64,000 nucleotides of DNA. Origin: Hamiltosporidium tvaerminnensis FI-OER-3-3. Taxonomy: Eukaryota; Fungi; Microsporidia. The first letter of the stretch is position 1. Each line of letters starts with the position of its first letter. The notes under the pieces were generated by a model that made no database searches, was not told where the DNA came from, and saw only the letters and a program-made list of their open reading frames with translations. Location: the NCBI GenBank assembly GCA_022605425.2, contig CM061255.1:248001-312000 (forward strand). Reading direction: 5' to 3'. Both the position numbers and the translations under genes were made by a program. Shown one piece after another: positions 11,658 to 24,534 of the stretch.

Positions 11658-12299
11658 ATGGTAATGTTACTGATATTCTTTACAATATTAAAATTTATAA
11701 GAAATTTAAAGAAAGAAGAAATGATATTTAATAAGAGAAATGATATTTATATGGATATTTCATATGTAAATATAGAAAGTAAAGAAAGAGTGACTGAGAG
11801 AATAATTATAAAACTGTATTACGATGATGTTCCTAGAACATGTTTAAATTTTTATAAATTTGTTGAGGGTTTTGAGGTGGAGGAAGAAGATGGAAAAATA
11901 AAGAATTTAAGGTATTTGAACAGTACGTTTCATAGGATTATTAAGGATTTTGTTATACAAGGTGGTGATGTGGTGTTACATGATGGTAGGGGGAGTATTT
12001 CTATTTATGGGAAACAATTTAAAGATGAAAATTTTATGTATAAGCATGATAGGGTAGGGCTTTTGTCTATGGCTAATCATGGGCCTGATACTAATGGGTG
12101 TCAGTATTTTATTACTTTGGGGAAAGCTGAGTGGTTGGATGGAAAACATGTGGTTTTTGGTGAGGTTTTGGGTGAGTATTTGGATGTTATTAAAAGAATA
12201 TCTATGGTTGAGACTAGAGGAAGAGATAATAGGCCTACTAGTATGGTTAGTGTGGTTGGGTGTGGGTTTATTAAGAAAAGTGGGAAAGATGAGTTATAA
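11658..12299 (+). CDS. Cyclophilin-type peptidyl-prolyl isomerase, ER type (signal peptide plus KDEL)
   Basis: VPRTCLNF, FHRIIKDFVIQGGD, LSMANHGPDTNGCQYFIT and WLDGKHVVFG. Hydrophobic N-terminus, C-terminal KDEL, CCC at 11654-11656. Confidence 0.95.
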   Translation: MVMLLIFFTILKFIRNLKKEEMIFNKRNDIYMDISYVNIESKERVTERIIIKLYYDDVPRTCLNFYKFVEGFEVEEEDGKIKNLRYLNSTFHRIIKDFVIQGGDVVLHDGRGSISIYGKQFKDENFMYKHDRVGLLSMANHGPDTNGCQYFITLGKAEWLDGKHVVFGEVLGEYLDVIKRISMVETRGRDNRPTSMVSVVGCGFIKKSGKDEL

Positions 12300-12514
12300 T
12301 TGGGTTTTTTATGGAATATTTTAAAGGTGATTTGCAATACTTTATAGGTGATTTGGAATATTTTGTATTAGAAAGTTTTTGATTGGTGGTTTGATATTAA
12401 AGTATTTTTATTTAATTTTTCTTTTTGAACCCCTGAATTGTATTAGAAAGTTTTTGGTAGGGAAGTAAAGAAAATTTGAGTAAGAATTAAAAAAAAGACA
12501 AAATTGAGAATTCA

Positions 12515-13215
12515 TTTAGAAAATATAGCATCTTAATAGAAAGCGACAGGTGTTATATTTATTTTCATGGCATTAACGCAGTTCTAGGTTTAACATAAAT
12601 AACTCCCTCAGCGCAAAAAGCTATCTTCTATGTTACTTAAATTTCAAAACCTTTTATCTAAAAAGGGTAGAGAACTTATTAAAGGGGTAAGTGGTTGCCT
12701 GGGTGTAATTGCAGGTTGAAATCCGCTTCTGGTTCCTTAGTTACAAGCAGAATCTCCACCATACCCTTACTGAACGAATATACTTTCTGTCAAAATATAT
12801 CCCTGCGACATATATGGAGTTTTTCTGGACATTTAAATATCATATATACGGATATAACTTCTTACTTAGCATTAACTGTATTTTTTAAAATGTGTTCTTT
12901 CTATCTCACAGGCGCCAAAACTTCCAACCTTAGTGAGCAAAGCTAGATTTCAATGCTTTTAAATGGCAATTACCTATAATATTGGCTGCGGTTTCCGTCT
13001 AGCTACATAAAAAACTACAAATTTCTTTTTAAAAAAAAATCATTATTTTGTAGGTTATCTCTTCATGATACCAATTCGAACCGAAAAGCCAAAAATAAAT
13101 GTGGTTTTCATCCTACTAAAATCTAAATAATGATTCCATTCCAATTTCACATACTTATTGACAAAAGTATATATGTTCTAATGAGCTAGCTGATTCATCT
13201 CAGTAAATGACAAAA
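12515..13215 (-). repeat. Dispersed ~700-bp structured non-coding family, copy A (diverged)
   Basis: Shares ATTAACGCAGTTCTAGGTTTAACATA, TACTTAGC, GTGAGCA..GCTAG and AATTACCTA...GGCTGC colinearly with 28595-29300. Confidence 0.85.
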
Positions 13216-16200
13216 TTAAAAATTTATAGTAAATGAATGTATTATTAATTCGGAATTTACGCTAAATAGAAAAATAAAGAATTTGCAATTAAGAAATCGG
13301 AATGAAAAATTTTTACAAAATTTGATTTTATATGAATAGTGGTTTTATATGGGAATGTTGGGTTCGACGCGGTTTTAAATATTTTAAAGTTTTTTGCTTT
13401 GTGGATCAGTTAAAAATATGCTGAGAACACATATTCGTTTATTAGGTACTAATACCTGAGTTTTAAGAATTCACTGCTGGTTAATTTTTAGATGGAATCC
13501 GGATATATTTATATGACAATATTATTTTATTGAGAATAGTGTTTTCTTCAGATTTTTAGATTTCATTATACATATTTTTTTATTCTATGATTACATAGGA
13601 AAAAAACAATTAAGTTTAGGGTTTTTGTAGGATTAAGAAGAATTTTGGTTTATAATAAACTTTTGGGGGCAAATAATTCTAAAAAACCAGTTTAATCCCA
13701 TAAATGGTGCTATGTAATGAGTTATGTAGGTTTTCATATAGAAATTAAATAAAAATACAAGGTTTACATGTATTTTATTATAAGGAAAAGAAGCAAATAA
13801 AACTAAAATTATACAAAAAGTAAAGCGTAGTAATAAAGTTGCTTTCATCCAATCTTCAATAACTCATGATGAATATTTGTGGTATAAATGTAGAATATTC
13901 GAAAAAAGGCAAGCAATTGGTATCTGTTGTATTATTTAGAAATAAACGTAAGAAAATATTTATTTAGGTTGGCGATGTCATAAATAGAAGTTTTGGGATC
14001 TTTAGTTCAAAAGAGTTATTATGGATGAAAGTAAAATGATATTTAAAGCTGAAAAAAAATGTTTAAGTTTATAATAATAAAAATTAAATTGAGTAATGAG
14101 GTAATTCGTTCTATATTTGGTCTTTGGTTATGGGTTTTAATGACTTTTAGTAATAAATTATAGAATTTATTTTGTAAAAATGTCGTAGGAATGTCTTTCA
14201 GTAATATTTTTAACATTATCATTTGATTTATTTCGAAAATAAATAGATTATTTTTTAATTAGCTGGGTGAAGAGTATAATAGTTGAATTTATGTCTAGTA
14301 ATTAGATATCTTGATTAATCTACGAACTCAGAACATAATATTTGTAAAAAATAAAAATTATTCTAAGCGATTAATTTTGCTATACAAAGATTAAGTATAA
14401 AAGCTTCGAATTTTAGTCGTTCCTTTTCAATTTCTGATCATCAAGTTAAAACCTTTTTAAGTCTAAATATTAATTTAAATAACCTGATAAAATCTGAAGA
14501 GACAACAATTACCACGAAAGACCAGTTAAGATGATGAAAAGGATGTAGCCTAATAGACAACGGGGTAACCTAGATAGGATTTTTATAATGACTAAACAAA
14601 TTCTTATAAATAATTATTCTCGTATTATATAATTCTTGTGTTACTATAATCAATAAAGTAAAAGAAATGAGGAAAATAAGGAACAAAAAACTTTCAAAAA
14701 TGTCAACCTTTAAGCCTTTTTTCATATTTTTTTTCTTTTTCGGTGTAAACCGATTTTAAATTAAGTGCACGGATAAAACAGTATTAAAAAAATATGTTAA
14801 AGTTTGCAATGTTTGTACTTTAAACGAATATTCTAGATCTTTTGGCAAATTAAATATGCTTTTGCAAAATTTTAGAAATTACCCGTTGTTTTATCAGTAT
14901 CAGATATGATTTTAAGCTATAAAAACCCAGAAATATTTGATAAATATCAATTCGGGTGTTATGAAAAGTATATTCAAGTTTGTAAAAACAAAGAATTATT
15001 TGACGATGTCTATTAAAAAATACATTTAATATTTAATAAAATCATATATGTCTAAAATAGAAATAAATATTAAATGAAAATGTACAAGCACTTAATATAT
15101 TAAAATACACACTATGTCCTTTAATATACTAAAAAAGAATTTTAGATTTTTGGTAACCCAAAAATGAATATGATCGGAAAGTACGGTTATCTTTTCTTTT
15201 TTAATTCCGGTTAACGTAAGACAATTTTTGAATGTACACGATTCTAAAAAAGCTTTCATATTTAAAATGTCGAATGTATTTTTAAGATGTGAATTTTTTT
15301 AATTTCTTAGTAATTTTAGTCTGGATGGCAAAATATGATTTTTAGTCAAGAAGAAATCGGATCTTCCTAGCGTCGGATTATATCAATAAACATAATACCA
15401 CAAGTTTAGAATAAAAGAGATTTTATTGAAATTAATTATAGAATGTAACGTTCAGTATTTTAAATTTACTTTATAGTAAATTAGTATAGGACTAAAGATA
15501 AATTAACGTTATTGATAAATTCTATTCAAAATTATAAAGAGACCTAAAAATTATATTTAAATCAAAAAATTTAATTGATATTATATGAATTCTAAGGGAA
15601 AGTTTGGACAAAGATATGAATTGGATTGTAAGCTAATTTTATAAAATTATTCTTAGAAATTTAAGATTTTTCCATTGTCTTGTCGTTTTCGTAGATTTCA
15701 CTAAATATAAAACCTCTTACATGAAAAACGAAAACTATAGGTAGACATCTAAAGAGTGAATGCTAATCATTATGTCATCAGTTTTATATGAATATCATAA
15801 TTATAGATCTTACAATAATTGTGAGATTGTTTTTTTAAGAAGATAAAAAGATTTATAAGCAGAAAAATATAATACATTTTATTCCAAACAGAATATATTT
15901 GCAATATATTTACAAATCTATTTCGAATAAACAATATTTGAAATGCTCGCGATATTAAAAAACTTTTATTTGTTAGAATTGCTAATATATTAAAACCGAG
16001 AAACTTAAAATATAAAAAATAATGCGTTTGATTAAATAAATCTTATTATGGTTTTTTATGTTATATAAGTCCAATGAGATAATTTTAGAATTGATTTTAT
16101 CATCAAAACAAAATGATAGAATTCAATTTTGAATATCGGTCGAACAGAGAACAATTAATTATATATGAATTAAAAACCAGTAAATTTTATTTTTCTTATC

Positions 16201-18729
16201 GAAAGACGATTACAAACAAATAAAATGTAAAATAAAGATGAGAAAGCCTTAATTCTTTTTTGCACAGTACAACTATGAAAAATATTATGTTATCATTTAC
16301 TTATACTTATAAATAAATAAAAGAATTTGGCTTAAAGAACCACTTAAATTAAAATAATTGCTGAAAATCCGAATATCTACTTAAAATACCAATTTATATG
16401 AGAAAATAAACTAATCAGTGAAATTACGAGCAAAGATATAATTCAAAAAGTAATTTTCAGACGAAATAACTTAATTATATTTAACAGTCCTTTATCCGAA
16501 AATGAATCCTATAAAAATATTTTATATTCACAGTGTAATTTGATTCGTTTCTGTTTAATGTGATAAATTAATTTATTCATATTTTTCTTTAGGAAAGAAC
16601 AAAATTTTCAACATGAAAAAAAGCGTCAAATTACGCGGTATAATAAATAAATTTATGCCAAAAAACGTAAATTAATGTATTTATATATATTTTTCAACGT
16701 ATTTAAAGTTGTTTTAATAAAAAGAACTACAAATGTCTTTGTATTTGTTAATTTTTTGATAAAAAAATAAACTGCATTACAAAAAACTACTGCCATTATT
16801 TAAATCGCAAAATATTTGAGAAAAATAAACACAAAACAGATTTAAAATATTCATTGATTTAAAACAAATTTTTACATTTATAGTCTTACATTTAACTTTG
16901 ATATTTTTTTTATTTTATAGATGATTTTAATAATAAAATAAAACAACAAATTTTAATTTATCATTTACTGATAAATTGTTTAACTAATTAAACGAACAAA
17001 AAAAATACTTGAAATTTTTTAAAAAGAAGCTTGTATGCTGTAAAAATATTATGAATATAGTGAAATTATAAGCTAAATAAATCATTAAAAGCAATTTTTA
17101 AAACACTCATTAAATTTCTTGAAATTCACCAAAAAGTATTTAATGATTCCCAAATAAAATTATTTATTGATATTTTCACCTCATAAATTTAATTAATTCT
17201 TGAATATCGTGTTTTACTTGATTGGTATCGAACTGCTCGTTATTTTCTATATAATTTTGAAATTTAGAATATATTTTTTTGATAATTGTATCATTATAAC
17301 ACTCGACTGGGGTATCTTTGTCTTTATAGACTTTTTAAAAAAAATAAGTACTTTCAATGTAGTGACATCTACTATAGGATTTGTAACTGATACTTTAGCT
17401 TTTGCTCTCTGGTTTTTAAAAAACGAACATTCAAAGCAACAAAGTAAAAAAATGTTAGAAAAGCAAATGTATATTTCATATCCAAGGAATAAGTGATGAA
17501 AATTTAAATACAACAAAAATTACTTTATTTGGTAATAATGTAATTTATTTATGATAAAAATTAATTTATGGAACAAAATATAGATTAAAATGTAATTAAA
17601 TTTATTAAGCGGTCTAGTTTGTTTTAATTTTTGGTGAGAATGTTCTAAGATTTAAATAATATCTGAATAGAAATAAAATTAAATAAATATGAATATATAA
17701 AGTAAGAAAAAAAATTTGAAAAAGCTACTGTAAATAATAATATAGCAATAGCTAATAAATTAAAAAACAAAATAAGATAAATTAAAAAACAAACTAAGAT
17801 AAATTAAAACCGCAATTTGTAATCATAAGCAAAAAAACTTATTTGAATGTGATTTTTTTAATTTTAAGATTATAACTTAAACAGATAGTACTAATAAAAC
17901 TTTAACTCAGAATTTTCAATTTATTTTGGTTACTTATCCGGATTTGATTTGCAAAAAGTTTTTGATTCTGCGTGTGAACATCCCATTTCCGTCTATTTTT
18001 GATAATTCCTTGTCTTCTAATATTTACAATGGAAACTGATTGGTAGCATTCATTTAAATTTAGGACAGCAATTTATTTGTGCAATACTTTTTTATGTTTC
18101 ATTTTGTAATACTGACCAAGTTTGATTTAAAAAAGTATTTTTTTAGGTGTAAGCCTATATAATAGAAATTTTTATGTTTTATAACATCTCTACTTTTTTT
18201 AGAGCCTTCAAATATAGCTTATTTCTATGACATAGCTCAGAGATTCCATTGTTTTTAAATTTTGTTATCGATTAGAAGATTACTTAATTTGCTGCCTATT
18301 TGATGTATTTTATAAAAATTATAGTGAAATTGGCAAATATTCATTAAAATGTAACCGCTAGCAGAGTAACTTCGTTATAGTTAGATAATAAAATTATTTG
18401 AAGCGACTAAAACTCAGCCATTCTATATAAATAATCTATGAAAAAATTAGTATTTATATCATTATTTGAATTCAATCAAGAGTTACTTTTTTAATCGAGC
18501 GAACATTTATAATATAAAATTTTTCAAGAAACTGATTATTTGATAAAACAAATAGAATTTCGTTTAAAAAAATGAATTTTTAATTGGTAACAATTTTTTT
18601 ATAAAATTTTAGCTTGTTTCCCTTTCAATGAGTACCTCAATATATATATAAGCTGGTATACACTAGAAATATTTTTTTGTTAATTCTGAAATTTATTCAT
18701 TGTTAAATATAAAACTATTTCAATTTAAA

Positions 18730-19450
18730 GACTGATTATCTGAAGAGAAACAAACAACACTAAAAACTATTTTTAATCTAACGATTCGATGAAATTAATG
18801 ATTTGCAAAACAATTGAGTGATTTTTTGATGAAACTATGCTACATTATAATTGTTTCATCTGAATTTGTAAAAAAAGCAAACAACATACAGAATAGTGAA
18901 GGTCATTCAAAAAACTTGGTTTTAGCTTTTTATATATCAAGATAAAAAAACCTTCGGCTGAAACTTAAAGTATTTCTTTTATAAACTTATAAAAATTTGG
19001 GTTTGTTGCCCGCGTGTCAATATTTAGTCCCTGGAAGATACAAAAAAATACCCCTTGAACATTCTCTAACAAGTAAAGTGTTATATATGCTGGTATGACG
19101 GGCAAACGTATCAGTAGACTTCATTTCGGTCGCCGATGCATATCTTATCTAGAAGTTTATTAAGTTTGAAAAGTGTAGAGAATGTAAGGATACTGCATAG
19201 TGTTAGTTGAACCCGGGGGTATTTCAAACTACGATCAAATACTGTGCAATAGACACAAATGAACTTTGAGCAACTGCTTCGCCCCTTAATTTGGTTTTAC
19301 ATATATTTTAAATGCAATGCTTAGAATTATGGTCTTGAAGGGGTACCGATATGGTGTTGGAGGCGGAGTTATTTATATTAAAACTAGAACAGCGTATATT
19401 CCATGAAACAAATATTAAACCTGCCGTTTTTTGAACATATGAACTATTTT
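18730..19450 (+). repeat. Dispersed ~700-bp structured non-coding family, copy D (diverged)
   Basis: TATCTTATCTAGAAGTTTATTAAGTTTGAAAAGTGTAGAG, TGGTATGAC and AGTTATTTATATTAAAACTAGAAC are colinear with 32836-33570. Confidence 0.8.
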
Positions 19451-20265
19451 ATTAATTACAGATCTTAAAATATATTTAATAGGAATTTATAAATCTAAAA
19501 ATAACAGATTAAAATTTTAAACACGTTATAAACTTTTATATTTATTCTTCCATCATATTAATTTATACAATTTAAAATATTACCAACTAAAGCAGTACAA
19601 GCTATAACGTTTTCTAATCAGAAATTAATATTGGGATTATTTATTTTAAAACAACCATAAATAACGCCAGTGAGAATATATTTTATACTTTTATATTTGC
19701 CATAATAGTATTATTACCTTATAATATCTTAAAAAAATTGTCATAATAACGCCTTACGTGTAGATTATAATAATTACAAATATATTGTATAGTTGCAATT
19801 CAATTAAAAATTCATTGTTTTTAAAATAAAGTATTTGATTATACTCATATTATTAAATTAAAAAGTATAATTTATTATAAATTTGTATAAAAATTCGGTT
19901 GAAATGTTTTTATTTCATTTACCATCGTATGTGTATAATTAAAAACTTAATTCCAAAAGTTTTTTTGTTGCTTAATTTAGAGAGATTTTTGGATATATTG
20001 CAATTTCTTCAGTATAAATATTAATTATGGTTCACTTTTCGTTTGATATAGTTTTTTATAATGCAAATCACCACATATAATATCATTTATATAAGTTTAA
20101 ATTTTTAATTTAGTATTTTTTGAATAGAATTGGTTTTAAATTTGATTTATTTGAAAATAGGAATTAATTTGTGTTTAATTTTTGTGTGATGAATTTATTT
20201 ATAGCAATTAATGTTTGATTATTCGTATAAAAAGAATTTAAACATTTTTATTTGAATTTTAAGAG

Positions 20266-21272
20266 ATGTCATTATCACTTTACAAAATTTTAAATGTTAA
20301 AAAAACAGCAACCAAAGAAGAAATAGAATTGGCATGTGAAATACTTATAAAAGAATATAGCTTACACCAAGAACCAGATGAAGCTAGCATTTCAAAAATT
20401 ATTCAGGCACAAAATATTTTATGTGATACAAAAAAAGGGAGATATATGATTATTTAGGTGAAAGAATAGTTAAATATTTATGTACAGAAAATATTGACAA
20501 AATAATTGTAGAATTATTTAGTTATGTAAATACATATTCTTTTATATGGACATTTGGTTTATTTATCCTTACTTTTTTACTTTTTCCGTGGATATATTTT
20601 TTAAAGATAAAAAAAATTTTAAATTATTTAAGTATTATACTTATTCCTTTCATATTTGAAATTTTATTAACCGTATATCCGTTTTATAAGTTAATTATCT
20701 TCTTTGATGATAATTCTGCATTGGATTCTTACAAAGTTCTATTTATTAAGCCACTAAATATATTTTATAGCAATTGTTTCAACGGTATAATAATGATGCT
20801 ATCATTTGATGTGTTAATACCTAAATATTTTGCACTTCTCTTAGTTTCCCAAATAGAATCATTACCATCAACAATCGATACCGATACCAATGAAATGACT
20901 GAAAAGATACCAAGTACAGAAATATACAAAAACTTATTTGAAAAATTCTTAGAAAATATTTCTTCCATGATAATATTTGTAAAAGATATTCATCCATTAG
21001 TAAAATGGATGTTTGTTATCATTAATGTAACTAAAAAACTTATGAAGGCAAAAATGGATCAAAAATATTTGTACAACCTACTGGGCATAATGATTCCTTA
21101 TTCGATTACTGTTTTCTTTCTAACTATAGAACACAGTGCGTGGTATATATTTTTACCATTGATATATATATATTATAAAATTATTTATACTTTGTTTGGA
21201 ATTACAATTGAAATAAGAAATAATCTTAAAAAAGAAGATGTACCATTATCTTTATCATTTAACAATACGTAA
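20266..21272 (+). CDS. J-domain (DnaJ-like) multi-pass membrane protein, one frameshift in an A-run
   Basis: SLYKILNVKKTATKEEI is a J-domain start. Adding one A near 20430-20437 gives DTKKREIYDYLGE and an open frame joining the 20721-21272 ORF, which has several hydrophobic segments. Confidence 0.8.
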
Positions 21273-22707
21273 AAATAGACAATTATTAATAGGAAAGAGT
21301 ATTGTTAAAAAGTTATGAAGTTATATATGCTTTTAATTAATCAAATATAAAACTGATATATAATTGAGTTAATTAAAGATATATTATAATATTAAGAACA
21401 TACGAGCGTATATGACAAGAAATTATAATAAAATCTTTTGTTTTTATTATAATTGAAAATCTAATATAAGATTAACAATAATATATTTAAAAAGAAAAAA
21501 AATTGAGTTCTTAATTTTATTAAATTCCTTGTAAATTTTTATTTTTTAATAAAAGTTTATTTAAAATTGTCGTAACTCAGTTCTGAGTAATCATACTAAC
21601 ACCCAATAAATAATTTTTGAATGAGTAACGTAAAAATTAGCAAGTAAAAACAAAAAAGGAATATAAAAACAACCAAATAAAACAATAGAAAGGAAAGATA
21701 ATTACAATAATCGTTTATAAAAAAAACAGAAACAACCTGTGCAATTCCTTTAATTCCGGGGATTTTACAAAAAAACGTTTAAAAAGGATTTTGAACTTCT
21801 CGAAAACCAAATTTGAGAATTAATAAATCATATCGATTTAAGCGTTGGTATTTTTTTAAATTAGAGTTTTTATAACATGCTATTGTGAAGAACCTAAAAA
21901 AATAGACTTAGGCTGACCATAAAAATATATAACATATATTCTATTTATTTAAAACTTTTAGGCAAGCCTAATCTGGATTACATATTTGAAAATACGGACA
22001 CGATTGGGAAAAATAACTTTTAAAAAACCCAGAAAGAATTACCTTATAAGGTTTAACAACGGGAAATTCCCTGTATTTTTAGTATAAATGTGCCAAAAAA
22101 GTACTACGAAAATATTTGAAAAAATAGAATGTGCAATACAAAAGTTAAATTACTTATAATTGCCACTTGTCACACTGAGCCTTGTTTATGACCTTAACCA
22201 CTTCTAAACCGACCTGATAAGAAATATATGAGTAAAATCGAATGAATCTCAATTGGGCTAAAAAAAGTTGTTTAAAATTCAAAATTTACAAGGGAATTCA
22301 TCGAAAAAGTTAGATTATATTCTTTAATCAAATGACGAATAAGTGTGCAAATTTTTATGACTTTTTATAAAGTCTGAACGGTTCAGCCATGCACATAACA
22401 GTAATTTTATAAAGGAAAAAAAACGTAAAAGACAGCTCGGTTGAATTAAAAAGAAAATTAAGAATGCCAAATTTTTATTTTAATGTTCTGTAATCTTTCC
22501 TATAATATAAACACATATTATGATCATGCTCTTTAGAATCGAAAGCCCAAAAATTCGTATGATTATCATTTAAAAATAAACAAATGACTATCATTCGCGG
22601 TTTATGTCAGGACTAATGAACCCTCTGAGCTTCTGAATTAAAAATTCGAGAAATGTGGAAATGGGAAGCATTTTTAAGGAGAAAATATTACGCTTGAACT
22701 ATTCTGA

Positions 22708-22820
22708 AAACAGGTAGAAATAGAATAACCACATTGATAACTATCTATTCAACGATGAGTGTGTTACTGAATGTGAGAATCATTGATTGCGTTTTTTATA
22801 GTGCATGAACCCCCCTGGAT
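22708..22820 (+). repeat. Fragment matching the 5' part of the dispersed non-coding family
   Basis: GGTAGAAATAGAATAACCACATTGATAACTA...GAGTGTG resembles 55778-55860 and 32847-32900. Confidence 0.5.
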
Positions 22821-23347
22821 CTAGTGCTATTCACCCAGAATCGCTGATTTACAACCGATTAAAATAAACAAACGAGAAAACAAAGAAATGTCTCAAAAAT
22901 CAATGAGCTGGCGTATAAATTGGATTATAGCCTATGGAACATTAAAATAGAGGGTTAATGATGAAAAATGAAGAATTCATGAAAGTTAAAATGCTTTGAC
23001 CCCGCAGAACCGGCTTTCTATAAAATGTTAAAAGACTCGAGATACGCTAGAACATTAACCAGCCACATAATACTTTAGCGTTCATCTGTCTAACCTCAAC
23101 ATAGAGAGGGGGAAGAAGACCAGAATAAGTAAGTAAGCAAGAAACGCAAATAGCTGCTGATTGGGCATATGTTTTGAATAAAAACAGGTATTATCCAATA
23201 AACTTCAAACATAAATATTCATAATAAATAATATACCGTTAAAATTTTCTTCCTAAATTTGATCGAATAGATTTGTTCCATAATCTGAACATTTTTTATC
23301 AAACTTTCAAATTCTTCTATCTTTTAGATTCTTAATCTTTTTCTCTC

Positions 23348-23495
23348 ACAAATATTTTAAATTTTATTTTTATATCTCTTTATAACCCACATCCATGGTA
23401 TTTAACAACCGTATAAACACAAATATTTTAAATTTTATTTTTATATCTCTTTATAACCCACATCCATGGTATTTAACAACCGTATAAACACAAAT
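23348..23495 (+). repeat. 70-bp tandem duplication of the SF3A2 promoter and first codons
   Basis: CACAAATATTTTAAATTTT...AACCCACATCCATGGTATTTAACAACCGTATAAA occurs twice. ATGs at 23396 and 23466. Confidence 0.92.
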
Positions 23496-24047
23496 AATAA
23501 CACAAATATTTCAACAAAAAATGAAGAATTACTTCAAAAAAGAAAAAGAATAAAAAAAATAATTGAAGAAACATCATCAATTATAAAAGATAAGTATCAT
23601 CGTATAAATTCTATAGGTAAATATGAATGTCTTTTATGTTATACATTACACAACACAGAAATAAATTATATTTCTCATTGCCAAGGAACAAAACACCAAA
23701 ATCTACTTAAAAAACAAATTGATACAGAAAAAATAATAGATTTAAAAAAGAACAAACTTAGTCCCAAATATATAATAAGAAATATTATACAAGAAAATAA
23801 AAAAGGACACAATATTCAATTAGAGTATACACAATCAACAGAAAAACCAGTATTTAAATTTATTAATTCGTTAGAACAAAAAGTAGAAAAATATAATAAA
23901 GAAAATATATATTTAGTTATTTTATGTGAACCATATATCAATGTAGGATTTAAAATAGAAAATAAAAAAGTAGATGAATGTAGTATTATTAGTTATTTTA
24001 ATGAATTTGAAAAACTTTTTACGATACAATTTTTGTATTTAGAATAG
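23466..24047 (+). CDS. SF3A2: Splicing factor 3A subunit 2 (Prp11/SF3a66), shortened
   Basis: Matrin/U1C zinc finger NSIGKYECLLCYTLHNTEINYISHCQGTKHQ, plus EQKVE and YLVILCEPYINVGFKI of the SF3A2 domain. Confidence 0.9.
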   Translation: MVFNNRINTNNNTNISTKNEELLQKRKRIKKIIEETSSIIKDKYHRINSIGKYECLLCYTLHNTEINYISHCQGTKHQNLLKKQIDTEKIIDLKKNKLSPKYIIRNIIQENKKGHNIQLEYTQSTEKPVFKFINSLEQKVEKYNKENIYLVILCEPYINVGFKIENKKVDECSIISYFNEFEKLFTIQFLYLE

Positions 24048-24114
24048 AATTTAAAAAACTGTTAGTAACTTATACTTGCTTTATAAAATAATTTTTCGAA
24101 TATAAAATATTTTA

Positions 24115-24185
24115 TAAATTAAAAAATTAAAAAATTAAAAAATTAAAAAATTAAAAAATTAAAAAATTAAAAAATTAAAAAATTT
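24115..24185. repeat. (AAAAAATT)n microsatellite between convergent genes
   Basis: About 8 direct copies. Confidence 0.9.
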
Positions 24186-24390
24186 TGAAATCCCGATTTG
24201 GCATTTAAACTGTTAAGTTTGTATTGTGTAATTCGTTATTAGTCTTATTAAATAAATTTTTCGCTTTTGAATATTATTTTCCACTTTTTTAACAATTTCT
24301 TTCTCTTTTTTTAAATCTAAATAGTCTATAATTATATATTTAAATTACAACTTTGAAATTAATCCAAAAAAAAGAAAAATAAAAAATATT

Positions 24391-24534
24391 TTATTATTCA
24401 ATAAATTTTAAACAATAATCTCTTTATTAACTTAAATATTCTGTTCCTCTTTAAATACGAACTTATTATTCAATAAATTTTAAACAATAATCTCTTTATT
24501 AACTTAAATATTCTGTTCCTCTTTAAATACGAAC
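24391..24534 (-). repeat. 72-bp tandem duplication spanning the GlyRS stop codon
   Basis: TTATTATTCAATAAATTTTAAACAATAATCTCTTTATTAACTTAAATATTCTGTTCCTCTTTAAATACGAAC occurs twice. Confidence 0.92.

Noticed and set aside
17200-17516. Overlapping hydrophobic ORFs on both strands
   Set aside because: TTG starts, AT-driven F/I/L/K composition and no motif. Cannot be supported as a gene.
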